The notes below the pieces were generated by a model. That model had not been told where the DNA came from, ran no database searches, and saw nothing but the letters and a program-made list of their open reading frames with translations. 64,000 nt of DNA from Schizochytrium sp. TIO01 (lineage: Eukaryota; Protista; Bigyra: Labyrinthulomycetes), in the NCBI GenBank assembly GCA_004764695.1, contig SMSO01000032.1, positions 4,620,483-4,684,482 of the forward strand, given 5' to 3'. Both the position numbers and the translations under genes were made by a program. This document shows, piece by piece, positions 32,788-44,400 of this stretch (the stretch's first letter is position 1; every line of letters starts with the position of its first letter).

Positions 32788-33963
32788 TTATGCAGAAGAT
32801 GTCTTGGTCTCAGGGGCGCCATCAGTGTCTTTCTTGGCAGCAGCAGGTGTATCCTCAGCGGCAGGTACGCTGGGAAGAGGAATAGGGCCGGATCGACGGC
32901 GGGGGGATCCGCGTGACTCGGAGAGAGTAGGCAACAAAAGGTGTCTGGGCACAGTGCGGTGAGAAACGACGAGGTTGTTCTCCTCGCGGTCCATGGTAAT
33001 GACCTGGAGCCAAACAGCCTCTCCAACAATGTTTTGAGTGCGAGCGAGCCACTGCTTTGAAGAAGGTCCACGAAGGAATGGTGAGACGTGGCTGTTCGGC
33101 AAAAAGCCAACCACGGTGCCCACAGCCACGGCAAAGCCTCCGTTGATTGGGTTGAGAATACGTCCCTTGAAGGGCTTCTTGCGACGGTATGCCTGCTCTA
33201 GCATGGACCACGTCAGCGAGGTCGGGTCGTTACCCTTGACAGATCCAGACTCGCTGAAGTCCGGAAGGTACTGGCCTTCGTACAACATGAGATCAGACTT
33301 CTCCATGGGAACGGCCATGGAGCCCTCGAAGTGAACCCTGGAGCCACCTTCCTGAGGGGAGGCAGCAGCGGCGGCGCGAAGGTTGGCAGCATTGGTACCC
33401 TTGCCAGCACTGGTCTGGCCGTTGTGGATCGGGCGAGGAGTCACAAGGTCTCCAGAGCCAAAGTCGTAGTAAGCGCCACCGGTGTTGGTGGACACGTAAG
33501 TGGTCTTGACGCGCATGCCAGGGCGCATGAAGGTCAACGGGTCACTGCGCAAAGTCTGCACGTAGATCTCCTCAAAGGCCTTCTCGTCATCAAGGCTGAT
33601 CTCTGCATCGGGAGAGGCGAAGGCAGGCTCACGCTCCTCAGGGTCCAAACCGGCGACACCGCGCAGGTGGTCCACCTTGACGTCCTTGTAGCCATTGAAG
33701 CCCTCAAGGTCCGCAGGACCGGCCGAGAAGCAGACACCGTCGGAGCGAGACTCTTTGCGCCATGAGAGCGTGCCGTAGCGAGGCTTCAGCTGCTGCTGGG
33801 AGGAGGCGCGCGAAGCCTGAGCAGCGCCAGAGTTGCCTTGGCCATCATGGCGCCGCCGAGAGGAAGGGCCGCGCGAGGCAGAACCAGAGGCAGAAGAAGC
33901 GAAGCCGCGGGGGGCAACCCGGGCCGCGGTCAGGCGGTAGTGGACGCCACCGCGCGCGAGCAT
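32788..33963 (-). CDS. Nuclear-encoded mitochondrial ribosomal protein S1-like
   Basis: Arg/Ala/Ser-rich presequence (MLARGG...RGFASS); S1 domain KGRILNPINGGFAVAVGTVVGFLPNSH...VITMDREENNLVVS. Confidence 0.85.
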   Translation of the reverse strand: MLARGGVHYRLTAARVAPRGFASSASGSASRGPSSRRRHDGQGNSGAAQASRASSQQQLKPRYGTLSWRKESRSDGVCFSAGPADLEGFNGYKDVKVDHLRGVAGLDPEEREPAFASPDAEISLDDEKAFEEIYVQTLRSDPLTFMRPGMRVKTTYVSTNTGGAYYDFGSGDLVTPRPIHNGQTSAGKGTNAANLRAAAAASPQEGGSRVHFEGSMAVPMEKSDLMLYEGQYLPDFSESGSVKGNDPTSLTWSMLEQAYRRKKPFKGRILNPINGGFAVAVGTVVGFLPNSHVSPFLRGPSSKQWLARTQNIVGEAVWLQVITMDREENNLVVSHRTVPRHLLLPTLSESRGSPRRRSGPIPLPSVPAAEDTPAAAKKDTDGAPETKTSSA

Positions 33964-35892
33964 TGTGACAGAAACCGGCGGGACAGCGGGGGAAGGCTCC
34001 GAGTCGCGCGGAAGGCACTGCTGCACTCTTTCCTGTCTTTTGCTCCAATTGGTTGATTTTACAGAAAGTCATTCATTCATTGAGAAGAACGAATAACTCA
34101 CTTTCCGGAGGTTTACTTTATTATATAATAAATAGAGTAAACTCAGTGCAAGTGAGTTATACATTGTAATGGGCACCACCTTTGCAAGCTCACTAACAAA
34201 GCAGCTGTGCAGCAGCAAACATTTTCCATAGATGTGCGCATTCGTAGAATGAATGCTTGAGAGGTAATGCCGCGATTTTCAATGGGCTATGATAAGATCG
34301 ACGTATATTTCTGGGTGCTCTGTGCCGGGTTTTAGAATTTGCAGTGCGCTTCATTTATCGCTGCGTTTTGATCGCTTGTTCGTTTTAATTTCATTTAGTT
34401 CACTATGGTCTAGTATAGGCTGCTATTCACAGCTCAATACAAGTAGGGAATAGAAGTATACTCGACTTGCAGGGCTATAGCTGACTGTAGATTGCGCAGA
34501 GAAGCAGGGCCCTCTGGCCATTGGCGATGATGCTTGAGTGCGAAAACGAGTGACTTCATTTCCTGCTCTCTCGCTCTCGATGAGCGAACTGCTTCTAGTC
34601 ATAGGCTCATTCTCTCTGCTCGAAGCTTTCAAGGCTTGATCGAGCCTTCGCAGCTCTATGATAGTTGATCAATCTAGCTAACGATTGAAGCGCTATTTAG
34701 TTCCTAGGAGTGCTACCGCTGCCAATAATGTTAATGGCCAGTGAGCGGCTGCGGCTGCTGCTTAAGGACGCAAGTGAAGTATAGCAGGAGCACACAGTAC
34801 TGAATGGATCTACGCATAGTAGAGTATACGACTGTAAAGTAGCCTATAATGCCCGTGGAAAGTAGACTATAGGAAATGGAGCTGCAACAGCGCAACGAAC
34901 GACAGCCGCAGGCGTGTCGGAAAAATAAAAGCATCGGGAGAAGTTAGGGTAGGTAATTTTCCCCGGCTTGCGAAGATGGGGAATGTGGATGCTTTACGGG
35001 CAAGCAAAAATCTTGCGAAGGAGCGATGTGAACTTGTGCAAGGGCCTGCGTAATAGAGACAAATAGGATCAATGGTGGCGTGATGTAGGGTCTCGAGGGG
35101 TCAAGGGTATTTTAGTGATCGCGTTTGCAATCCGATCTCGAGGAGTAAATTATTTCCATAGTTCGTAGGAACAAACTGAACACAGAGAACCCTGATTCTA
35201 AAGCAACCAAGGAATTACAGGTCAATGAATCATAGAAAAGAAGAGAGACACGAGGAATGGAAGCCAAACAAATCAAAGGTTCAAATCGGTTAAAAGTAGG
35301 TTGGTTTTGGTTTAATTGTATGTGTGTGTTCCCGCAACAAAGCAAACATTAGGGGAGGAAGCGAATAGATTATAGCGTCGCTTGACCAGAATGCCTCCTC
35401 GCCCAACGCCTGACGGATTCAGTGGATACGCACGAGGCAGAAGGGAGGTCAAGGTTGACTCGCCATATGCACGATTTTCAAGAAAATCGAAGGCATACTT
35501 TCGGCCAGGCGTGCGCCAACGAAATGATTACCCGAAGATCATAGCATTTGCTGGTTGAGTATGGAATGCGGCGCGTTAGGCAATAACATATGGCCTAAAT
35601 TAGGCTCGCATTGCGTAAACAAATGGTGCGGTGGAGCAGAGCGTCGCTAAATAGCTAGCTCACAAAACTAGCATGGCACTCAGCCCGCTAACTCGTGGCA
35701 TGAAGTGTAGTATAGTTGAAGAAAGAGTGGAAGCAAGAAATAAGATCGTCTCGATCGCCAAGTAAGAGAACAACGCGCTCTCTAGAGATATGGATTCCTT
35801 TCTCGCGTGGCAACAGCAGTAGCAACAGCAATTGATATCGTGTAACTTACTGTTGTCACTGCTACTATTCGAGAAAGCGCATATGTGATTGC

Positions 35893-37251
35893 TTAAGCGC
35901 GGCCCTTGAATTGACGCGAAGTAGAGTTGAACAGTTCACGACGGATCTCGGGAGTAATGAGGTGGTGGAAGTGAAGCTTGAGGAGCGGCTTGAGAGCAAG
36001 CTTCTGCTCCTCAGTCATAACGGTCTTGTAGCGCTGCGCGAAGACCAGGAGACTCTGGTGCCAGAGAACGGGTAGGCGGCGCGTTTCGTTGCGGAAGGCC
36101 ATAAAGTGGGTCACGAGACCGTCGACAACCTTGTACGGGAGTGAGTACTTCTTGTCTAGAAGCACGCGCAAAAAGAGCGAGGTAGCACCCGAGTACGGCA
36201 TGGCAGCCATCTTAAGCATAGCTGCTGCAGAGTCGAGCATGGGGATAGAAACCTTAGCTAGCACACTGCCAATGATGGTGGCCTCACGCAATGTACAGTC
36301 ACCAGCCTCGCACAGCGGGAGCAGGATACCCTTAAAAAACGCCTTGGATCTGTACAAACTCTTCTTGAGCGACATGTAGAGGTGGTAGTTAAGCTTCTTG
36401 TTTGCCTGAATATCGTCGCGCACTGCCGGCAGCAACACGAGAGCGAAAAAACGCTGGGACATCTTGTCGTTCACATTTGACGCGAACAACCTTGTCGCGG
36501 CTAACATCGCCTGCGGCGACCACTCATCAGGGTCAGTGTAGTAGAGCACTTCCTCCCAGTTTCTGAGCGCAGGTACAATCTTGAATGCCTTGGGGATTTT
36601 ACCGGACCTGTATCTCGAAAGAAGCTTTCCGATGCTCTGGTATACCTCGATCACACGCTGGTTAAGGCCCGACGCTTTCTGCTCCTGTTTACGTTCCGCA
36701 GCGGCTTCAGCAGCTGCCTCCTTCTCACGAATCTTCTCCATGATAATATCACCAAGTGTTCTGCGGGCGGGCTTGTTCTTGTTCATGAACATCTCGAGAA
36801 CGCGCTCATCCTCGGCATCGACCTTGAGGTTTGCAAACTCATCGTCGTTAAGGTACTCGATCTCGTACTCCTCTTCCTCCTCCTCACCGTCGCGCATGCC
36901 GCCACTTTCATCGTCGGAGCCGCCGGCGCCAAAGGGAAGGTCCTCGTCGTCAGAGTCAGCACCGCGCTTGCCAGCACGCTGCTTCTCGCGCAGCTCCTTG
37001 GCGCGAGTCTCCTTCTCTTCCTCGAGCTGCTCGCGGGCAAAACTGAGGATCTTGCGGCTCATGTCGCCAGAGACAACGCCCTCAGCTGCAAGTTCGTCCT
37101 CCATTTCTCCCTCGCGATCACGCACGCGGCGCTTTCCCTGACGGTTGCGACGTTCCGGAGCCACAAGCTGTCGCGCTTGGTCCTCCGCAATCTGGGCGCC
37201 GAGCGGCGCATGGCGGCCTGCGCCACCGCGATCGCGCTTGACCTTGGGCAT
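35893..37251 (-). CDS. BYSL: Bystin/Enp1 (40S biogenesis factor)
   Basis: YRSGKIPKAFKIVP, ATRLFASN, KKLNYHLY, LLDKKYSLPY, LPVLWHQSLL, ITPEIRREL. Confidence 0.97.
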   Translation of the reverse strand: MPKVKRDRGGAGRHAPLGAQIAEDQARQLVAPERRNRQGKRRVRDREGEMEDELAAEGVVSGDMSRKILSFAREQLEEEKETRAKELREKQRAGKRGADSDDEDLPFGAGGSDDESGGMRDGEEEEEEYEIEYLNDDEFANLKVDAEDERVLEMFMNKNKPARRTLGDIIMEKIREKEAAAEAAAERKQEQKASGLNQRVIEVYQSIGKLLSRYRSGKIPKAFKIVPALRNWEEVLYYTDPDEWSPQAMLAATRLFASNVNDKMSQRFFALVLLPAVRDDIQANKKLNYHLYMSLKKSLYRSKAFFKGILLPLCEAGDCTLREATIIGSVLAKVSIPMLDSAAAMLKMAAMPYSGATSLFLRVLLDKKYSLPYKVVDGLVTHFMAFRNETRRLPVLWHQSLLVFAQRYKTVMTEEQKLALKPLLKLHFHHLITPEIRRELFNSTSRQFKGRA

Positions 37252-39041
37252 GTTTGCGTTTGAAGAAATCCACTCAAGGCGGCTACTGCCCCGATTTGCA
37301 CGCACTCACGCCTAGCGAGCACGCTTGCCAAACTGAGATAGCGAGAGCGGCCTCTGCTGGTCTGCTGCTCCTCCTGACGAATTGAATGAAGTGAGCGAAT
37401 TGAGCAAATTCAACTAAAGGAGTGGATGGAAGCAAGGAACTCCAATTAATAGTAGGGACCTCGGAATAGTCATACTACTATTACACAGTTCTTTAGCCAG
37501 TGCTTTGATGATGCATTTCTTGATTAATACCTTGTCACCTGAGATGTCACTCACGAGTTGAGAAACACGAACGAGCTCGTGAGCGATGAATTTTGTCGAA
37601 TCGAGAGCCCGAGCTGCATGGTCGATTAGCGCGAAGGCATGAACAGTCAAGAGGCGCAAGAAGAACTCCTGGCCACTCCTTATTTCTGCTTCTTATTTCT
37701 ACCATAGTTTTCCATTCCTTTTATTTCTCTTTCTTTCTTTATTGTTTTAAAAAATATTTTTAACTTCAAGGGTAGTAGGCACCTAATACCTAGTATAGAG
37801 ATAAAGAGGGAGAGTATTAAAACAAATAGAAATTATAAGTTGATTTCTTTTATTAAAAAATCATGTCTTCTCTTGTTGCAGGTTCTCTCCAGTCGAGGCA
37901 AAGGCTTGCTTATGACTTTGGGCTGTCAACCCAGTTCAGGCCGAAGCAGAATGCATGGGGATTCATCCATTCGAGCTCCCCTGCTTAGATCTCTTTTTTC
38001 AACATGCATGCTTGCACCAGTAACACACGGTTTAGTCGGGTTCTATGGACCAGTTCTTTGCTAGAACCACCCAATTCCGCTCGTTCCCCGTGTTACCCCG
38101 GCTGTCGGTCCAGTAATGAGTCTATTAAGAGCATAGTATGGCCAATTCGGGTTGGCTTATGAGATTCTACGTACATACACTTGAACTGAGATCACATAGA
38201 TTTGCAGAAAACTAAAACTGTTCACCGTAGCAAGAAATCCTCCCTAGTAAACACATCAATGAGAGATCATATCTAAGGTGTTCTGTGGAGATGACCTTGA
38301 ATTAAAGGATGATGATGTTTCCCAATAAGATATTAGCTGATGCGATCGATATTTGATGCAGAGAGGCATACTGAGATCATGTTTTCTTTATTTGTAATTT
38401 ACGGGCTAGAATGAAGAATTCGTGGGGAGAAGGAAAACGAGCGAGATTGCACTTCCCCAAGCGCGTGTATCTCAACACTCATAGAACAAGAACGTCCAAT
38501 GGCAAGGAATGAATCTGATAGTATTCAGGCTACGTACTTTCTTAAACTTACTGAGCAGAGCCTCTGAGGCATGAAAGTTCCATACGTTTCGACGAAGTTC
38601 ACAACCTATTGCTCTTCAAAGTCGTTTCCTGCAAAGCAAATGTCTCTTTCACAAAGTCTAAAAGAAATCTGCACAACATATTTTTGCGAATGAAAACCCA
38701 AGGCTTGGGTTCTTTGAAAGCACGGATCTCGAGATGATTTGTTTCGTAGGCCGTGTGCTACTCTGCATGTTCACACCTTACTTTCGCACTTAATTGTCCC
38801 CTCAATCTAGCTCGAGATCTTCTAAATGAATGGGTCCTAGGTAGCTGAGTAATACGAAGAGCTAAGAGTACACAATAAGACTGAAGAATTACTTCGACTA
38901 CTACTGTGAACGGTAATATCACTAGAACTAGGTACTATGTAAGACACGAGCAAGCTGCGTCTGACGAGAAGGACAAGAAGGCTAGCAAAGAATTCATATC
39001 ATACAAGAAGATAAACTGTAGCATCCGCCATACGCTCGAAG

Positions 39042-40196
39042 ATGGGAGCTTGTAGCGCCCCTAGAGCATGGCGCCTCAAGCCCGTGCTCTTGTTGGCAGC
39101 TTTGTGCATTTTCGCCCTAGGAACCATTACTGTAGCGCACGAACACGATGCGCTCGACGGAGAAGACAACCACGCTAGTATTCGCTGCAGAGCATGCGGA
39201 GCAGTTATTTCTGAGTTGTCTGATGTAGTAGACCTATCCTCAAAAGACTTGCAAGCTCATTTTGGTAAACATGAAAAGCTTCCTGCCAAAACCTTTGTTA
39301 ACCCAGAAGGGCTGGAATTTCAAGTTGTGACAGTGCGGGACGCAAGCGTGACGGCAGTCGGTCCGTGGAGCTCGACAATGAGCTTTTATGAAGACTATGA
39401 ATGGAAGGTCGTGCGCTGCGGGCGTTGTGGCATGCAAGTTGGATGGTGGTATCAGCCTGAACCGAATGGCAAATGTGCTGCGCATTTGGATCCTCTACAC
39501 CCTACAAGAACACATTCTCATGACCACGAGAAAAAACATGACGATCAAATCAAAACCATAGAAGATGATGAGGTAAACATTGAGTGGGTTCTGGAAAGTC
39601 TTGAAGGTGAGTGTCTGGAGAAAGATCTGGGTGATTATATTATAGAATGGTGCCATAGAAAGAACATCCTCGTCAGACGAAAGGCAACAAAAGAGGTCGT
39701 ACAGGTGTTGGGTCAGCATATGAGCCTTTATGAAGGGCAACTTAACAAAGCGCCCACCCATAATCTCGGAGGCAAGCCCCGATCATACTTTCCGATTTTC
39801 TTATACGATGGTAGCACATGCGAGGCCGACGATCAGCACACAAATTCAGCACAAGTTCATCTGATGTGTTGTGACTCCTTTCCTGCTACAAAACACAACG
39901 TAGACCGTCTTCAAGAAAGGCATCTCCGTATCGAGCAGACACGCTCCCGAAGGCCCTGCGAGTATGAATTAGTTGTTTGTATCCCTCGAATATGTTTGGT
40001 ACATCCCTTTGCTTTACTTCCACAACAAGTAGCAGTGAAATCAAGCGGGAATGCTCGCGTAACAGAAATTCCTCAAGTACAGGCAACGGCGCAAAGCTGC
40101 CCACTTCGAAACTTCTATGGACTGATTGAAAGTAGTATCATCGTTGACGGCTCACAGGAGTCGCTCTGGATGGAACGTGTTGGTGCCATTCTTTAG
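39042..40196 (+). CDS. Signal-peptide protein with a cereblon-like CULT domain and an MRH/PRKCSH-like domain
   Basis: Hydrophobic N-terminus. CULT: CRAC...FVNPEG..F...SFYEDYEW...CGRC...GW and FYGLI. MRH-like: LEGECL...Y..EWCH...DGSTC...CC...PCEY.L.V..P.IC. Confidence 0.85.
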   Translation: MGACSAPRAWRLKPVLLLAALCIFALGTITVAHEHDALDGEDNHASIRCRACGAVISELSDVVDLSSKDLQAHFGKHEKLPAKTFVNPEGLEFQVVTVRDASVTAVGPWSSTMSFYEDYEWKVVRCGRCGMQVGWWYQPEPNGKCAAHLDPLHPTRTHSHDHEKKHDDQIKTIEDDEVNIEWVLESLEGECLEKDLGDYIIEWCHRKNILVRRKATKEVVQVLGQHMSLYEGQLNKAPTHNLGGKPRSYFPIFLYDGSTCEADDQHTNSAQVHLMCCDSFPATKHNVDRLQERHLRIEQTRSRRPCEYELVVCIPRICLVHPFALLPQQVAVKSSGNARVTEIPQVQATAQSCPLRNFYGLIESSIIVDGSQESLWMERVGAIL

Positions 40197-40793
40197 AAAG
40201 TGACAGTCAAAACGCCTACGAGAGGAGAAAGGCATATTTAAGAATGATACGGACAGGATAGTTCAAATTCTGCTCAATTAGGTGCATAACAGGGCAGTCC
40301 GATATACTATTGTGTTCGTCTAAAATGGGAGCACAGTCAAAGTGAGCAGACGATACGAAAGGCTCGTGATTTCAAACCAAAAACAAAACCAAAAACTAGA
40401 TTTGGGCTTAATATAAGCAAGTACATACCAAGACGAAGAATTTCTTTCACTGTGAAGAAAGAAGAATGAGAGTAAGACCAGCAATAAGAAAGCAAAAATG
40501 GAAAAGGAGATAAAAACCAATATGATTTGCTCTCGTAAACTCAGATTTTATCCAGAAATCAAATGCTGTAAAGTAGGTTTCTCCCATCTAACTATACGGC
40601 CATCATATTTACTGCGTAAGGGACCTTTTCAAGCATATGATTTTAAAGATGTGTTGTTTTGTTGAATGCAACGGTGTACTCAAGACGAATTGCGGAAGTA
40701 GTAGCACTATAATGTAAGCTTAAGTATAATCCTCTACAACATATATTCTATACTAGCATAATCTGACAGCGGAATTACCAGCGTTATGCATGC

Positions 40794-41483
40794 TTATGCA
40801 TTGAAAATAGAGTACGCGGTAGCTTCATCAGCAAGGATGAGCTTAACAGATGCGTACACACCGATGCTGGGGAAGATGACCCAGATGATGTTCGGCACAA
40901 TGACCATGAGAAAGATCTGGAGGTTCGAAGAAGCGTGATCCTGCCAGCGCTTGTTGATCATGTATTGCATAAAGTACACAAGAGTACCATACAGCTGCTG
41001 GTAGAACATTGGCAGGCCAATTACACCGAGAACCCGAGCCGGCATGAGCTCCTCTTGCAAACACATGCCAACTGCAAAAATTACGGTAGGAATAAGCATA
41101 GAAAATCCATTGCCTACGTCAACGTTCCAGCCAAATGAGTGGATGTCTGCGTAGCAGCGGTCAGCTAGAGCATATGTGGACCAAACCTGAGTCCAGTACG
41201 AAGGGGAAAGCACCTCGCTGAGGCTAGCATTCTCAAACAGAAACACCCTGCCGACAGTACCAGGCTCGTACTTTTTCTTCTTGCCAGCGAACTCGTCTTG
41301 AATCTTGCCAATGTAAAAGAAGAGGATAATCTCCCAGATACAAATTAGAACATCGATGGCAAGAAAGAGTGCCAGAGAGGCGTGCAGAGGCTGCAACAAC
41401 ACTCCATTCTTGCTTTGATGGAGTGCAATCTGCCCAAAGAAAAGGCTACACACAAAGACTGTGACGTATACGAAAGACCACAT
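40794..41483 (-). CDS. EBP/EXPERA-family membrane protein (sterol isomerase-like)
   Basis: Several TM helices; W..YA.AD..Y, QLYGTLVYF, NIIWVIFP. Confidence 0.8.
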   Translation of the reverse strand: MWSFVYVTVFVCSLFFGQIALHQSKNGVLLQPLHASLALFLAIDVLICIWEIILFFYIGKIQDEFAGKKKKYEPGTVGRVFLFENASLSEVLSPSYWTQVWSTYALADRCYADIHSFGWNVDVGNGFSMLIPTVIFAVGMCLQEELMPARVLGVIGLPMFYQQLYGTLVYFMQYMINKRWQDHASSNLQIFLMVIVPNIIWVIFPSIGVYASVKLILADEATAYSIFNA

Positions 41484-44400
41484 GGTGTCTGGACGCTGCT
41501 ACTTCTCTAGGTCCCCAGACGAGGAACACCCTCGCGATCGACCTTTAGTATTATTGGGTTTGCTCGACGTGGGCTTGGTTGCCTTGAACCTATGCCCACA
41601 CAACGCAAATATTGCGTCGAACATGTCTTGGCGTCATTAAGCTGCTATTGATTAATCATGCCTTTTATCGGGAAAACGTGTGATCGCGCGATCTTCATAG
41701 AGAGAGAGTAAATAGGGGTAGCCTGCAAAACTACAGAGACCTCTTTGTATCATGGACAGCGCAATCTGCTACGGTCTGCAAGGTAAGACATCTATAGTGC
41801 CCCCGGCAGAGTGGAACATATCTCTATCGGATAAACTTGGATAGAATTGCGGGGATAATAATGATTGATATGCCGTTTGCCTTCACTATCCCCCATTCCT
41901 CATTTTTCGGAAGGTCGTTCGTTTTTCTTCAGCTGGGAAGGCTATTGGCGATAATAATGACGACGAAACGAGACGCAATGGCATGCAATCGTGCGAGAAG
42001 TGCAAATTCACGGAGCAGCATTGTCTCCTCCTCGATGTTAATTGCTAACTTTTCAGATTATTAAGTCGTCAGTTTTTGCTAACGTATGGTAACAACGCGG
42101 CCTGTTATCGTCATAATTACAACCATTGTGATGTAAACAATACAGAGTATCTATCTAGGTGGCGAGCGCTCAGACCAAACTCAGCTTCCATCTTACCTCG
42201 ACATTTAGAGTTATCTTGACGTTGCTATAATGCTTAGGCGAAAATAACATATGGTTGTAGACGGGTCTTCAATGACCTTGAAGCGCAGAACTGAGCATCT
42301 GTGTGTCAGTGCGGTAGAGGCATAGACACATTTGATTCAATGAATCAACATGGCTTGCTTGCCCGTGTCAATAGGGTCCTAGCCATATCGTTTGTCGGAT
42401 TAAGAAAAATGGCATGCCTCTTTGATCCTCACTCATATGAGTCAACTAACACTGTTCAATAAAGATGAGGCCTGACAATCTAGGCTTATAATCTACTAGA
42501 CGAAACATCTAAATACAATAGTAAGTACACAAGATTTTAAATGGTGAGGTGGTTCTGTCAAGTAACTGGAAGCACAGTTTCATCTGTAGTACCAGCTCTT
42601 CGATGCAAAAATACAATTCTTAGGTGCGCCCATAATGACTAAATAACTTTTGGTTTCAAAACCGGTGTAGAATCAATGTACAAGCTGCCAGATGAGTAGT
42701 AAGGTGTAATGTAGAAACCAACGTTAGAAGTACTCTGGTTTCGCAGATTTCGCATGACGTACTTAAAAAATTGAAGAACAATGGCTCTTATCGTACTGAG
42801 TAAGTGAAATCTAGAGACCATCGTCCTCTTAGGAATAACCAGCCCTTCAAGCTCTCTTTGTAGGATCTTTTACTTTTTACAAGTTTATTCATAAAGCAGT
42901 GGACAGGCTTGCTCTTGATTAATATACGCTTGAACTGTCGGCTCTACTTATACTTCCTCTCAGCTCGATGGTGGAGAGGTTAGTTAGGCACCTCTTATAC
43001 CAGCAAGCTAAGTATTGAGGTGACAAGCTCTTTAGCTATTATTTGTCTGGTACGCGCTCTCAGATAATACAGATATGAGCGCGTGACAATCTATCATTGG
43101 TCGTGGTCGCGTTTCAGCAAGGTGTTTCGTAGACGCATTAAAAAATGTTTCTACAATATCATCAGTTCTTTTGGACGTTCTCTCGCATACACTCGTGCGA
43201 AAGTTATTGTGTGTCCCAACATGGGCTAAAAGTTAAGCAAGCCAACTCTAGCTGGCTACTACCTACTTGCTCTTTGAATCAAGAGAAATTTCCTCCTTGT
43301 GCAAACTCAAGCCCAACAATAGTCATTGAAGCGAGCAGAATTATGGAAAGGATATCGTCATGATCTCTCGGGAGGTCTTAGGCAGGTAGATAGAGATATT
43401 ATCCCTTCCTACGTCTGCTGCCAATAGGAGGAAGCACGACGGCTCACTTTGCTCGAGGTAACAACTAGAGTCCGACCTGGAACATGGCGCTGAGTCAAGA
43501 GCTCCAGTGCCTTGCCTTTAGCTTATTTAGGTTTTCTGCCTCTAGAACGTGCTGCCATAAATCTTCATACTTCAGAATGAAGCGCTAGTTACTAATCGTC
43601 TCCGCCTGCTAAGAAGCGCCGATGTAGCATCATCCACTTGGCATGCATGCCACCTAATTGGCCCGCTCTTGAAAGGTAGCCTAGTTGGTACGAGCATTGC
43701 AATTTTCGTGGCTCAGCGCTGATATATCTGGTCTTCAAGTTCAAGTTCAAGCCACGAGCCGCTCAGCTCGCAGCCTCCCGGCGAGTTTGTGCCGGGGATT
43801 TCCAACGGCATCTGCGGATTCCGATGTGCGCCATCCGAGTCAACGGTATCGCGCGACTGAAGTTCGAGAGCGTCGAGGACCCGAGACACAAGACGGTCAT
43901 GATTTGTATCCCCACATTCTCCAGGTTCCAAACTTGGAGCTTGAGGAGACAAAGTTCGAAGGCAGTGAGTGGCGCCTCGCTCGCAGAACCACGACTCTGC
44001 TCGCCCCTCGCTGTAATCGTTTTGGACCGCGGCCAGCTTTTCTCGACTGCCTCTTGGCTTTCCTCGAGCGCTCCCGCTCCCGCCCGCCTGCTCCCGCGAG
44101 GAGGCGCGACACGTTGTCTGCGGCGCTGCCACACAGCCGACCGAGTCGCGCGCGCGGTCCTACCGATTTTGAATGTGCATCATCGCGAACTCCATCTCCA
44201 AAGATTTCCAAATTTCGAATTTCAAATTTTCAATCCGAAGTCTCCTCGTCAAAATTCGTATCCGCCGCTCACAATAGACCGTCAGACGGACCAGACCTCG
44301 ACCAAGTTTTCATTACTTTATTTATTTCTAAATAAATCTAAATAAATCTAAATAAGTACATATAACATCACCATTTTAAATTTAAAAAAATAAAATAAAT

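Noticed and set aside
43921-43945. SRP RNA helix-8 likeness (CAGGT..AAAC..GGAGC)
   Set aside because: Lacks the AGCA half of the motif and a properly placed Alu domain.
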